Below are positions 13,401 through 26,705 of a DNA stretch of 64,000 nucleotides, one piece after another; positions within the stretch are counted from its first letter, which is position 1; every line of letters starts with the position of its first letter. A program made the translations under genes and the position numbers. Below the pieces are notes generated by a model, which saw only the letters and a program-made list of their open reading frames with translations, ran no database searches and was not told the origin of the DNA. This DNA is from Catajapyx aquilonaris (lineage: Eukaryota), in assembly GCA_000934665.2 (NCBI GenBank), contig KZ538106.1:1-64000 (forward strand), written 5' to 3'.

Positions 13401-15327
13401 GAGTAAAAAATGGCCTGCAAATTGCTGGCGGGCAACCTTTCCAAGCCCCAAAGAGAAGAGACCCCACTCTCTTTTGGCCTTCACTCCTCATCTCCACCCA
13501 TGCAAATGGGTCTTTGAGACAATGCACCGCGAACGACCAACCACCGCCCTGCCTCGACCACTTCGCCATTACGTACTCGACAAACACGTAAATAAAAAAG
13601 CCATTTTTGACCAGGTTGGCTCTTTTTTACTATATGATATTACGAGCCGAAAAATTGTTGATCTTTGGTGCTTATTTCTGGCGAAATATTGCATTTTTTC
13701 TCCAAGGAGAGTGGATCAGTCATGTTTACAACTGGAGATGAGAGGTTGTTCTTGGTCCTCATGAATTATGTAACGACAATGCTCAGTCGCACCTTCAAGG
13801 TCGCGTTCACCTACGTTTTCACGTTTCTTCCGAAACAAATGCAGATGAATTGTCTTCGGTCCCTATAGAAATCACCCTTTGCAAAGCCCTTTTCAATTGG
13901 AAACTGGTGGGTGTCATATATCTTCCTTCTTAACAACAGACAGGACATGCCCAGTCCACTCCCAAGCGGATTTAATGTAATGTATACGCCTCGTATAGCA
14001 AGTACTGGGCGCAAATCGAATCCATTGGAATATTATACAGGAGGGTGGAGAAAGAATATGCACGTATAGGGAAAAATGTAAATTATGGGTTGCAACAGTG
14101 ACGGACAGGTTGACAAGTCTTCCTTTGATGTCCGACATCCATCAGAGCAGCTCCCAAACAGCACCGCGGTGTCGCCTAGCTTCCTTCTAAAGAATTTATA
14201 CTGCACTATCTGCATGCCCCAAATGCATTTGACCCGTATGCATTGAAGATTAAGCCAGAGTCCAGTGCACTCGTTTACAAGGGTAAGGGTCAGAGCTATT
14301 GGCAGTGGGTAAATCCGCGATGTACTTAAATATCATGCTAAAATGTTCGAAAGAAAATGAGTAAAAATTAAGACGATGAAATTTCCACACTTGCGAATTA
14401 TTTCTTGTGCAAAGTACAGGACGATATAGGATGCAGCCAACCGTTTTATGCCCCTTCACCTCTATAATATGGCATCACTTTAAACAATACAATATTTATC
14501 TCTCCAACCATGAACCCTCCCCACGTGAGTAATGTGGGAAATGAATGTTAAAATTACAGCTGCTACTCATTGACACGCCTGTTATAAACAGTTATATCGA
14601 CAAGAGTGTGAGCAGCATTCAGAATCAGGAGGAGAGCAATATACCCGAAACCTTGCCCGAAACATTAAGTTGGGAGTTTCGCGAAAAAATAATACGCCCG
14701 CCTATCTTCCACTTCCTAGTAGGCCTATTAAAATAGCCATAACTTTCAATGCTATTGGGCGTGTATCGTGTCCCACTTGAGTGCATTTCCTAATGGTGTT
14801 GCCATAAGTGCATATAGAGCTTCATTATGCAACAACCTACGTTTCTTATTCATTAGTTTCAATTAGAATTCTGTAAGGACAACGTACTTGCATAATTGTG
14901 GTGCACCCGGTCTTTTCCCTCACATTTCACATGCAAAGGTCACATTATCTCAACTCAAGGTCTGGTTGAATCTCTCTCTTATAGAAGACGAGTCGCGATA
15001 TCTTCCGTATGCAATGACACGAAGACGACATTATAGAAGGGCATAAACATGTCCAAAAAGCAATTAAATTATATAAATCCAAAACAGGATGCCGAGCCTC
15101 GCATTTACTACTACCAAATTGTGTTGGTGACAATTACGCAATATAACTCGAGTGAGTTACGCGAACTTAATATCATAAAACACCACTTTGACTCCAGGAA
15201 TTTCTGACACACTTCCCCAAGCAGGAAACACTAGCGAGAAAATTAATGATGCAGCATCCTCCACTATCTTTTTTTATTTCACCAGAAGTCAACCAGAGGT
15301 TACATCTCTGCGAAGAAAGATATGGGG

Positions 15328-15329
<2 letters not shown>

Positions 15330-15387
<58 letters not shown>
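15330..15387. repeat. (CT)n microsatellite
   Basis: Uninterrupted TC run. Confidence 0.98.
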
Positions 15388-15388
<1 letters not shown>

Positions 15389-16139
15389 GTGATGTTTGTT
15401 GTCTGACGAATTTTTCAGTATCAAACTCTACCGCCCTAAATATTAACCCTGAGAACATCCGTTGGGTCGGGTTAACTTCCGCTAGTTTCACGATATAACA
15501 ATCGCGGTCAGCCCACTGCATTTGTATCTCAATTATCCCTTCAAAAAAGACGATAATGTTCCCCGACACAGGACATGATTAGAAGAAAACCGCGTAACAG
15601 GGTCACTCGAACCTCAACCAGTTTTTATGCAAAATACGGAAGTAACGGCACCGCATGTCCAACACTAGAAATCCTTCACCCAACAGATTTCGGAATACCC
15701 AAGTGTAGTGAACTGTCTCGGAGGATGGGAAACACAACAATAGAAAAGGGAGTCGAGGGGGTTTTTCCTGGTGACCTTCCAGCATCACGATGCCCAAGAG
15801 ATTACCAGCGGCCTTCCCCAGATCTCCTTGGTCCCAATTTCTCACTGCATTTCAGCTTTTTTTTTTTTGGCCTGAAAATGAAACTTCCGTTTAATAAGCA
15901 ATTATTGCACATCACATAACATCTACTTTACATACACACGGAATTCCCACAGCAATTTGTGCATGCCCTTCCTCTAAAATTTGCGGCCAGAAAAAATCCC
16001 TTACCCCAGGTCACTTCTGGGAACATGACCAGTAATCTCGGGCATGATGACGAATGCCAGCGTGGGTCAGCGTGCAAGGGGCTGTTCCGCCCCGGGGGCC
16101 ATGCTTCACCCCACCCCACACCACCCCGAGAGATAACGC

Positions 16140-16310
16140 AGCCGGGGCCAATAAGAGATGGCGCTGAGTAAGCGTGCATTTGGAGTCGGCTTGAGTAGCG
16201 CCAGTTGGAAGTCCTGCATTATTCGGTGTGTTCAGGCCATCTCGCCTGTCTGCCCCTTCCTGCACTAAGCCGTCGTCTGCCGACAGGGAAGGACTTTGCA
16301 CCCATACACT
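16140..16310 (+). promoter_or_regulatory. Possible promoter and non-coding first exon of aquaporin B
   Basis: GC-rich patch with a CCAAT box (~16148) and a donor ACT|GTGAGT at 16310/16311. The aquaporin B ATG is preceded by a splice acceptor (TTCCAG 18379-18384), which implies an upstream UTR exon. Confidence 0.3.
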
Positions 16311-16553
16311 GTGAGTACATAAGTAGATGTCCTTATATGAGATGAGGGACATGCGTGTGAATTCATATGATGTGTCAGTTGAGGCTAGTTGATATGCTTC
16401 AAATGTTTGTTTCACGGTCAGTTTCACAATATGCAGTTTTCCGGGGTGCTTACCGGCTTCTTGCAAGGTTGAGGGGGAATAACAAGGTCTATTTTTATTT
16501 CAAGCACTATTCCGAGTATTATTTTGGCGTACGCTGTGAAATCGTTTTGTTAT

Positions 16554-16922
16554 TTATTTTTGCTCCGAGTAACTTTTCACACAAATATTGTGTCCAATTT
16601 ACTAATATTGCTTCCAAAAATCTGAGCTTTAAATTTTTTGTCACACTTAAAGAGTTGCACTTTTTGCTCAAAAGAATCACGACGTATTGCCATGTAAGCG
16701 TGCATAATTATTTTTGCTCCGAGTAGCTTTTCACACAAAATTTAAGACAAATTTACTAAAATTGCTTCCAAAAAACTTATTCTTACTAGTGCAATGTCCG
16801 AAAAATTTTGATCAAAAAGTTCAAAATGTGAGCAAAAATTTAAAACTCTAAAATATTTGCTCACATTTACGAGTTGAACTTTTAGATCAAAATTTTTCTG
16901 ACATTACACTAGTAAGAATAAG
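16554..16922. repeat. Direct plus inverted repeat remnant, probably a DNA transposon end
   Basis: A ~65-bp direct repeat (TTATTTTTGCTCCGAGTA...TTGCTTCCAAAAA) at ~16554 and ~16708, followed by imperfect inverted arms ~16777-16836 / ~16856-16922. Confidence 0.6.
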
Positions 16923-18405
16923 TAGATATTGACGTGTAAGCTTGCATAATTAATGTTCGTATAACCAGTCCTGTGTATGGTACCATGTCAAATATGAAGG
17001 GCGGTATTTCTAGGGCAGTCTGTTGACGCGAGTAAATGATTTATGAAGCCGGCGGATGATCGTCCGGACGTCTCGAGGGTACCAGGCATAGATAGATATC
17101 CGACCACCACATCAATCCTATCCTTTCACTTAGTCCCCCTCCAAGTGGACTCGGAGCCAACAAACACTCTGAGAATACTTCAACCGGAGACAAAATAAGA
17201 CAAAAAAAATATATGCAACTTGACATCCTAACATACTCTTTGAGATAACAATATCTGAGAGCGGCATCTTCTGGCCAAGTTATTGCGATTTGTGGTCATT
17301 TTTTTGTGTTCCGTTTATTATTACTGTATGGACTGCACGCAATTTTTCTTGTGTTACGCAACTTTGTGATTGCGGCCGCGAGAATGTTTTCATTCAAATT
17401 TAAGTGGTGCTTATAGGAGAGAAAGGAAGCGTAGGTCTCCTTTGATGTAAAACTATTTTTTTATGTGGAAGGTTACTCGGCTGCCCCTCTCGTGAGACCC
17501 TGACCCTTTGAATGGAGCACCAATTGAAGGAAATTGGTGGAACAGAAAATTACAATTTAAAGGTCAAGAACCGCGGCCATTTAAAAAAAGGGCGTAGGGT
17601 CCCCTCTAACTGTTGGCTTCAAAGCAGCACTTGAAACGTTTAGGACCCCCCTTTTGATGCACCATCATTTTCTTGATTGTGTCTCGTCATGTGTCACACA
17701 ATCAATCTCCGTTTTTTGTATTCTGGTTTCTAGCTTGGATAATAGTTTGCCGGATATAATGCGTACCGGTACGTCAAAAAATTTCCGTTGCGTGCAATAA
17801 TTTTGCCATCAGATTGATGTGGGATGTATTTTTGAGATAGCTGTAACATGTGGTTTTTGGACAGTGAGATTTGGGGTCACAAGGGAACGTAGTCAGTTCA
17901 GTTCGCGATCCAGATGACAGTTGCGAATGTGTGGCAAAGTAAAGGGCGTAAGTAAGTGGAAAAGCAGTGCCCGAGGCATCTCTCGCGCCAAGTCCTTGAG
18001 CCACCTTCCGAGCTCACATGTTGCACTCTGCACACACGTTTTACAATCTGGTTTGAAGGGGTCTTACTTGACAAAAACCGCCGGTACATATCAGCAATCA
18101 ATCCTTATTATCCGATCGCTTTTTCCGCCACCATCTTCAGTGATTTCATATGTTGTAGTTACCAATTTTGGTGTTTGTTTATATAAAAAAGCTTCAGACA
18201 AGTCTGGAAAATATTGCGGATATTTCAATTTGAATCGACTGTTATGTCTGCCTGATCAATAGACTAGCAAGGGTGAACGTCCTTTTTTGAAGCCACGCCT
18301 AGTATATTTATTCAATTATCACTTAGGAAAACCCCCACAGGAAAGTAAATGGTTTTTTCTCATGTCCATTTTTTTATATTCCAGTAGCAGGCGTGCACCA
18401 CCAGA

Positions 18406-20379
18406 ATGGGCAAGTTTACGGAGCTCCGCGAGCGGGTGGCCTCCCCCGATGTGCTGAAGAACAAAGACACGTGGAGAGCGCTGGGTGCAGAGGTGCTGGG
18501 CACCCTCATCCTGGTCTTCATCGGGTGCGGGGCATGCCTCGGGCAGACCAAGCTCGGGGAAGGATCCTCCATCGTGCAGATCTCTCTGGCCTTTGGATTG
18601 GCGGTGGCCTGCATGGCACAGGCCATCGGACACATCAGTGGGTGCCACATCAACCCGGCGGTCACCATGGGCTTCCTGGTCACCTGCAGGATCAACATCT
18701 TCAAGGCGGTGCTCTACATTATTGCGCAGTGTCTAGGAGCCATACTCGGAGCGGCCATACTCAAGGTACGTGCATCATGCCAGGGGCACAGGTGTGCGAT
18801 TGTTGTTATTCGATCGCAACAAATAAACATTCTTGTTTTTTTGACGCGAACAATACAGCAGGTCACATTCCAATAGCTGTTGTGATGAGCATAATGGCAC
18901 ACGAGGCCAATATTGTTCGGTGTTTTTCGCTCCCAACTGCTGTGCACCATTCAATGAATATCCGGTGGTATAGGGGATCATAATAGCTTAATGGTTTAAA
19001 TGGGGGAAAAAAACACAAACTGATCACGTAGTGTCAAATTACTGATTAATTTATTAACACGAATTTCCAGGCCCTGACTCCTGAGAGTGTTCAAGGCGAA
19101 TTGGGCTCCGTTGGACTGCAGGGTGATGTGAGTCCTCTGCAGGGATTTGGAATCGAGTTCCTGGCTGCCTTCACCTTGGTCATCGTGGTCTTCGGAGTGT
19201 GCGATGAGAACCGCCGAGACATCCAGGGGTCAATCCCACTGGCAGTCGGCCTCGCTGTCACCACCGCTCACTTTATTGCCGTAAGTCATACCATTGTTGT
19301 AGTGCAAATGTGTAATTACTGGGCCGAGAGTAGAACAGGGCTGCACGAGTATACGTGTTGAAAATGGAATAAGTATAATTACGACTTATATCCCTCCTGG
19401 GAAATATGAGTTCTCACTCGCTCTAAATACCTTCAGGGGGGTCACTCTTTTTTACGGTTGACAGGTACGGGTAACGCCCGCAAAAAGGATGTAGCTGGGG
19501 CAAAATGTGCGTGACTGTCATGCCACATGCACATACGTCTTCTCGTATGTTTCCAGTATGGTTAGCACTTTGTACGTATTATAGTGGGCTGGGATTTGGT
19601 GGGGGAGAGAAGTGAAGGTGCTGAGTCAATAAGATAAGGGCGAGGTGGTTTACGGTTATTGTATATGGTGGTGCCTCGCAAGCAAATTGGGCAGCTTACA
19701 AGCAGCGTTCTTCATTGCTGCCTCAATTGAGCTTAATGACGTGCCTACTACTTGGCATGCCTCAACTCAACCCACTCAAGCAATCTTAATCCCACTCCAC
19801 CAGACTTTTTTGTGCAGTATGACCTACTCAATTGCCAGCGTATCTCGGAGTTCCCCCCCCTGAAGCCATCGGTACCTACAAGGCGGTACTTGCAATCATT
19901 GAGATAAGACCAAGGGACGTCAGTGAATTTAATCCGGTGCCATATATTTGGCTCAACTTTCTTGGCGAAAAAATTGCGATATGTGTACTCAGGGCAAGGT
20001 CACATTTTTGCACGTATTTGAACCCGGCCGCAAGTGATGTGTCTCAAACCGCAATGACTGCACACACGGAAATAGAGCCTCACCCTATTCTTGCATAATT
20101 GTTCCTGTTGTGTAACATTCGGTTTAATTTTGACAGGTGAAGTACACCGGATCGGGCATGAACCCAGCCCGTAGCCTGGGTCCAGCCGTCTTCAGCGAGA
20201 AATGGGACAACCACTGGCTGTACTGGCTTGGCCCCCTGGCTGGAGGAGCCGCTGCTGGGCTGCTGTACCACCATGGTTTCAGGGCTGCTGAAACCCGCGG
20301 GAGACACGAAGAGGAGGAAGAATTGGAGTCTGGAAGCAAGCCACCCAAGGCACACCCGGAGGACACCACCCCGGTCTAA
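18406..20379 (+). CDS. Aquaporin, classical (Drip/Prip-like); paralog B, 3 coding exons, ~270 aa
   Basis: Exons 18406-18765, 19071-19280, 20137-20379, GT-AG and phase 0. Motifs [50 protein letters not shown]. Confidence 0.96.
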
Positions 20380-22123
20380 ATCACCCACAAAAAATGTTGC
20401 AAATGGACATTTTTTTTTTGCCAAAGTGTATGTGAGACTCCCCCCCCTTTCCCACCACTATCATCTATCATTTACCTGGACTGATTTTCGCTTTGGAGCA
20501 AAAAAAAATGCTTTGTTTGTGTTTGAAAATCGTGTTCAATTCATATCACCACCTGCATCGCGAATTTGTACCTTTTTAATTCTGGGCCCCTCGACATCTT
20601 GATGCTGTGTTACATTCCGGCGAAACATGTGTTCACTCACATTTTGTACCTAGCCCATAACAAAACTGTCGCTTCCCCCACGTTTTGCTGTATTTTTACA
20701 TGATCCATGACCACAGCTTTCAAAAAAAAAAATTGCTGTCATTTTCCCTCCTATTTTATGCTATAGGCTAAGTCCTAAGGTGTATATGTATGTGCCAGTC
20801 ATAATTCACCCAGCGTGAAAAAATAAAGAGCCAGACCGGGGAGACGACCTAGTTGAGTGTGTTCTAATAGTTTTTCCCCCACACCCACTTGTGAATCGAG
20901 GCCACGCCATCCTCTTACTTGATGTAAGATTGGGTCCCATTAACACAATTGGTAGCAGACGCTCTTGTTTCTTTTGTCTTTTTTTTGTTGCTGCCATTAT
21001 TCCCACGCACAGGATTCGTACAAAGTTGCATCGCCACCAGACAACGAGTTCATCGCACGAGCCGCCAATAATAAGTAATTCGTACCCACGCTTCTTAACA
21101 ACTAGAAGGCGTCTCAATCAGTACCCATGACAGCTTGCATACCAAAAACTATAGTCTTATCAACACCAATTGCTTTGCATATGGGCGTGATATGAATCCG
21201 ACAATTTCCGAGTATGACGTTGCGGAATAAAAATTATGACGTATGTGTGCGTGATGCCGAATAACGCGCCAAGGATGCAACCAATTTGAAACCGATTTTC
21301 GCCGAACACTCATTGTGCAAAAATTCTTAACCTTGAAGCAGGCCATTTTTTTACCTCCAGTAAAAAGTGGCGCGTCTCATCGTTCTGAAGGTAAGAGTGT
21401 TTTTGGGTATAGCCGGTTTCATACATAGAGGCAGCAGCAGCATTCATCCAGCCTAAGGCCGTCACGTGTGGTACGTGTGTGTATGCGTGCTGGTTGGTTG
21501 GGGGCTGTAGGGCGGTGTCCTGCATCACCAAGCCAGCTATACTAAGAAGCATCACACGAGTCGACAGGTGGCGACCCACAGGTGAGTCGGATTTTCTCTA
21601 TGGGTACCGTTTCTCATCAGGCTCATTTTAAGTCTCTTCATTTTTTTGATACCCGTAATCAACAGTTCTGCACGCTTCGGTTAATTAACCACATTGCAGT
21701 GGCTGTGTGTGGGCGGGTGGAATTTTTATTGTTGGGTATGAAAAGGAACAGGCCTGGTTGTTTGAATAAGTGAGGTCTGGCCTCGTTGCAAACCACGACG
21801 TCGAGGTCGTGTTATCAGGTACATAGAGTATTAAATAATTGAGTATTTACCGTCGTCGGTTCGATTCGTCTAGACTTGAGCGGGTCAAGGTTAAACAGTA
21901 CCGTCTGAAAAATCAAAGTGCCGCCATGCAGTGTGTGATGTCCTGCGGAAGACATCTGTCATGAGGGTCGGGGGTACATATTGGTCACATCCGGACGCAT
22001 TTGTAATAAGGGAAGGATGGGCCAAAATATACAACATGCGTGAGAAATTTGATGGTAACAATGCGAAAAATATATTCAAGGTTGGTAATAAAATCGGAGC
22101 GATGTCATTGACCTGTTACAGAA

Positions 22124-25100
22124 ATGGCGAAGGTGGCCAAGATTTTGGGTAACCTGAGCCTGTGGAGGTCCCTCATCGCAGAGGCCCTCGGAAGCTTCTT
22201 CCTGGTACTGGTGGGCACCGGATCCTGCACCGAAAAATGGGATGAAAATTACGAACCTTCCGTGGTTCACATTGCCCTGGCCTTTGGTCTGGTCGTGGCT
22301 TCCATGGTACAGGTAAGGGAAAATGCGTGCTTGCAATTTTTTTTGTACCCCCATCTTTTCCTCCATTGCCCAACACTCTCAAAAGTTGATGTAGCGTCAC
22401 TTCCGGGAATTACGCCCCTACTTTTTATTGGACCGAGAAATTAATGATTGGTCATGTTTTCTGGTTGGTGACTAAGCCCACCGATGCATTCCATTCACAA
22501 AAGGGGGGGCTGTGAAGAAGATGCAATACATCTCCCTTGATGCCTAACTGCTTTTCCTCTTGAAGAAGGGCTCAATGACTTGATGACCCTGCTTTATGTC
22601 CTGAATCAGGGCAGCCGTCACTTGCCCTCAGATTACACCCCCGTCAACCATGTCTGACTGTATACTCTCCACTTCCTTATTATCCCTCCCATGACCTCCC
22701 ACCTTGACATGCGGAGCAAATCATCAGCCATACCCGTATTCAATTCACTCATTTTCGATAAGACGAAACAGTCATGCTGGAGATTATCTCTTATCTGTCC
22801 TGCCCAATTCCCAAGCTGTCTTCAATTTACCCCCTGCATGTCAACCTTTCATTATTCCCAACATCTGGGGGGCGAGTGACCATGCAGGAGTCAGTGACCT
22901 TGACCTCGAGTGAATTTTCGCTTGATGTTCACTTCCAGAGATGGACCCCAGAACGATGTTGCGGAGTGACCGGACCGGTACAGCCGGCATTCTTGCGCCA
23001 TGATTTACGCCCTGCTTAAATATCCCGCCCCATCCACAGGTGGTTCGCCAGACACGACTTGGCCGAATACTCTCAAGGCGTTGCTGCACTTCTTCCCAAT
23101 TTACTGGCGGTTTTCGTGCAGTGCTCCACTGGGAATAAGCTGTCTGGAAAAATCCGGTATTTTTGGGAGTCGTAGGCTGGGGAATTCCGTAAGCTGGTAT
23201 TATGAGTCAAACCTCACCTAATCTGGCGCCTTCTGTACTTTAAAAGGGTTGTCGCGACTTTCAGACGTTCACAGATAAGCCAACTGCCGAAAATGCACGC
23301 CTATGGCCCAAATCCCCTCTTTTCTACAAAAATAGCCAGGCTTAAGATGAAAAGTTTGCATTATCTCTCATGGAATTATTTCCCAAACATTAAACTAATG
23401 GCGTCTCATTATTTACGTAAATAATTACATCATCGGAAAGCGCACAGTATTTCACAATTTTGACCAAAATTTGACTTCAGATCGACACATGCTATAAAAT
23501 AATAGTGAATATGGCAAGTTGTATTTTGAGTGGATTTCTGGGTCTACTGCATGCAAGTTGTACACTTTCACTGCAGCTGGCTGGTTTTTTACGTGAACTG
23601 TTGGCGCAGATGTGAAGACCTGTGAGAAAACGGCGCATGTGATATCAAGGTTGTCTTTTATAGCGTAATGTAACAATTCGCTTCAGCGGCGCAATTTTGT
23701 ATAATAATAGGGGGATACATTCCGCAAAAAAAACATGGGAGTAAAACTTCACGCGGACTTATATAACTGAGTCAACATTTGTCATTTTATATGGATGGGG
23801 TGGTATAAAACCGTGGTTGTAATAGACGCAATAATATCAAGAATGCGGATCATCACTTGTCGCAAAAAATAGACGTGAAAAAGTCTTTACCTACAGATAC
23901 TCCCATATATAGAGCTATAAACTTATAGCATTCTTTTGAAAGGCAACTACTACCTGCTGGGTCACGGGTTCTAATGTTAGGCCTGACGAAACCGAAAGCC
24001 CGAGTGGGAAGTGGTGGAAGGATAGCAAGTTTTCTCGTCCGGGCCTAGCTAGACTATATTTCTTAGTTAGGAATTGTCCGAGTCATGTTTCGAATAGTTG
24101 TCCACACTCCTACACTTGCTGCTCCACTATTTGGCGAGTGGGACGACCAACCGCAAAATATATCAGATCGCACAACCGCTTAATGAGATATTTTGCAATG
24201 TGCCCGGCAGCCTATTTCTTCTGCCTGTGTCACATTGACACAATAACAAACTGTGCGGCTTATTGATCGAGAGTACAGTACTTATCGTATTTACTCTTGA
24301 GAAGCTCTGCCATCTACTGTTTCTCGACTTAACCTAGTGAAGGAAAACGTACAGAGCAGGCCGGGTAGATGGCACTGAAGTCCTATCTAATAGTCGTCCT
24401 TTTTGATTATCCTTGAAGTGTGCAGAAATAATATAAAAATCAAAAATTTCACACATATAGCCTACTGCAGGGTTGTAAAAATACCATAAAATACCTGACA
24501 GAAATTATCTACACAAACGTGTCAAATAAATAACAAGCTGAACTTTCCAAGTCGTTTTATGATACAGGTAATTCAATTATCAGGCTCCAGAAAATATTGC
24601 CCTTTATGTTGCAGGAGGCCTATTGGCTATTTTTTAAAGATTCAAATGTAATCACATCAATTTCATGCCATTTTATTTGTTCTGATTTGCCGCAGTAGGC
24701 TATAGGAAGTTGACATGTGGGTGAGTAGGCCTATTATAATTGCTTTGCTCATACAAGTGCATGTTGTTTCTCAATTATTTATACTTGTACGGGTATTTCG
24801 TGGGCACCAGGGAATCAGTTGGTTTCCGAAGCGTTGTTTTGTTACTGAGATAATTTATTAGCTTTAAAATAACAGAGTGCAAAATTCTACATCCTTTTTT
24901 GCGCTGGGAAAGCCTGTGACTTTTGTTGTTTCGGCCACTGCCTATTACACCAATTATTATCGGATGTGAAATAAAGCTGCGATGAGGCCATGTCTATTAA
25001 ACAAAAAGGCACGGTCGTATGGAGGGACGCATACCTGCCAGGATAATCTGTACTTGACTTTTCAAGCCAGTAGTATGTTGCACCCTATCGAGGCTGCGTG

Positions 25101-26705
25101 TACCACATGGTATGTCTATATAAATTACTGTTGTGACTAGTATGTAAGTTCATTTGACTCATGGTACGAAACACTTAGTACCGGTATAGACCTAGTACTG
25201 TACAAGAGAGCTTGCTGTCTGACGCTTAAGTGACTCTAATGGTCTTCTGCCAGCCTGCGCATTAGCAGTGTTAACAATATTGCTGAGTGACAGGACATTA
25301 TTATCACGTACGTCTCTGGACAATAGATGTTATAGTCATTAATTGCCCTTGGGTGGGTTTCAGGCAATGGGCCATGTGAGCGGGTGCCACATAAACCCGG
25401 CGGTGACCTGCGGGATGATGGCCACAAGCAAGATCCACCCGTTGAGGGGCTGCTTCTACGTGGCTGCCCAGTGCTGCGGGGCCATATGCGCATGCGCAAC
25501 CCTGATGGGGCTGACCCCAAAGGACAACAGGGGCGACCTGGGCATGACCCAGCTGCACCCCGGCCTCCTTCCTGTCCAGGGATTCTGCATGGAGTTTATC
25601 ATCACCTTCATGCTGGTCCTGGTTGTGTTCGGGGTTTGTGATCGGAACAGGACTGACCTCGGGGGGTCATCTCCACTGGCCATCGGGTTCGCTGTCACCG
25701 CCGGACACTTGCTTGCAGTAAGCCGCTCTCTTAACATTTTTCGCGGTGATCGACCGCTAATGTGAAATTTCTATTACATCATGCTGAAATCTACTCTGGA
25801 AATAGGGTAATTTCATTTCTCGGTAGAGACGTGGAGCGGAAAAGACCCATTACTCAATCAGTAAAAATAATCCAGCGCACCATACCATGTTGTTAATGGA
25901 GTGCATGATACGGACATATACTGTGGAAGCTCCAGTAGCAGGCTAAATTATTTACAAATAGTATTATTGCAAGTGCATTGAACCATTACTTTCATAAAAA
26001 TCATAAATTCATAATTTACGTCACACGGATATTCCGTTACCCCAAATGAGAAAGGTTTGGTCTGCAGTATTTTTTCCCATAATGACCAGCATCGGCACAT
26101 GTTATAAATTGGGTTCATTATAAAAGTAATGCTCTCTCCTGACCTTGCTGACCTATATTAAGCTACTGCACTTGTAGATTTTAATTGCAAATTACTATTC
26201 TGTTGCAAGACGTGACCATATACCGTCACTGATATACAGTTGCGACATAATTTACAAAACGATTCTCATGGCCATAATAATTACCTCTTTCGATGATACT
26301 CATTTGAATGGTAATGACCACTCGCCATTTAATTGCTGATCCACCAAACAATGATTCATTTTCAGATCAAATACACCGGATCCAGCATGAATCCAGCCAG
26401 AACTTTCGGCCCAGCAGTCATAACCGGAATTTGGCACGAGCACTGGGTAGGTTTGAAACATCTCCACTAGAAAAGTTAACATGATAACAAAAATGGTCGA
26501 TTAATTTGATCTTCTTCCTAACTTGTAGGTCTACTGGGCAGGACCATGTTTGGGTGGCATGGCAGCAGGGGTCTTATACGAGAACGTGTTCCGGGCACCT
26601 GCTCCGGACCACAACTGCTCATTTGCTGCCAAAACCAAGAAGTTACCCGGAGAAAAGGACAATGCCGACGAACTTCTAGTGCCAGATCGCACAACCTCAA
26701 TTTGA
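22124..26705 (+). CDS. Aquaporin, classical (Drip/Prip-like); paralog C, 4 coding exons, ~266 aa
   Basis: Exons 22124-22312, 25364-25717, 26366-26446, 26529-26705, GT-AG and phase 0. Motifs [47 protein letters not shown]; ends DRTTSI*. AATAAA at 26834. Likely UTR-exon donor CAG|GTGAGT at 21581. Confidence 0.96.

Noticed and set aside
10656..13764. Several 100-140 aa ORFs between aquaporins A and B, checked for a fourth aquaporin or a transposase
   Set aside because: No NPA, transmembrane, DDE or RT motifs were recognisable. Probably decayed repeats or non-coding DNA; a profile search would be needed to settle it.
15188..15569. ORFs with LSLS and ERER repeats
   Set aside because: They are translations of the (CT)n microsatellite.
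21600..24000. Hammerhead-like cores (CTGACGA...GAAA at ~23984; minus-strand CTGATGA-GAAAC at ~21610)
   Set aside because: There is no stem II between the core boxes and no convincing flanking stems.
4995..26705. Possibility that an aquaporin is an aquaglyceroporin or entomoglyceroporin
   Set aside because: All have NPAR[S/T] rather than NPARD and retain the TM5 His.
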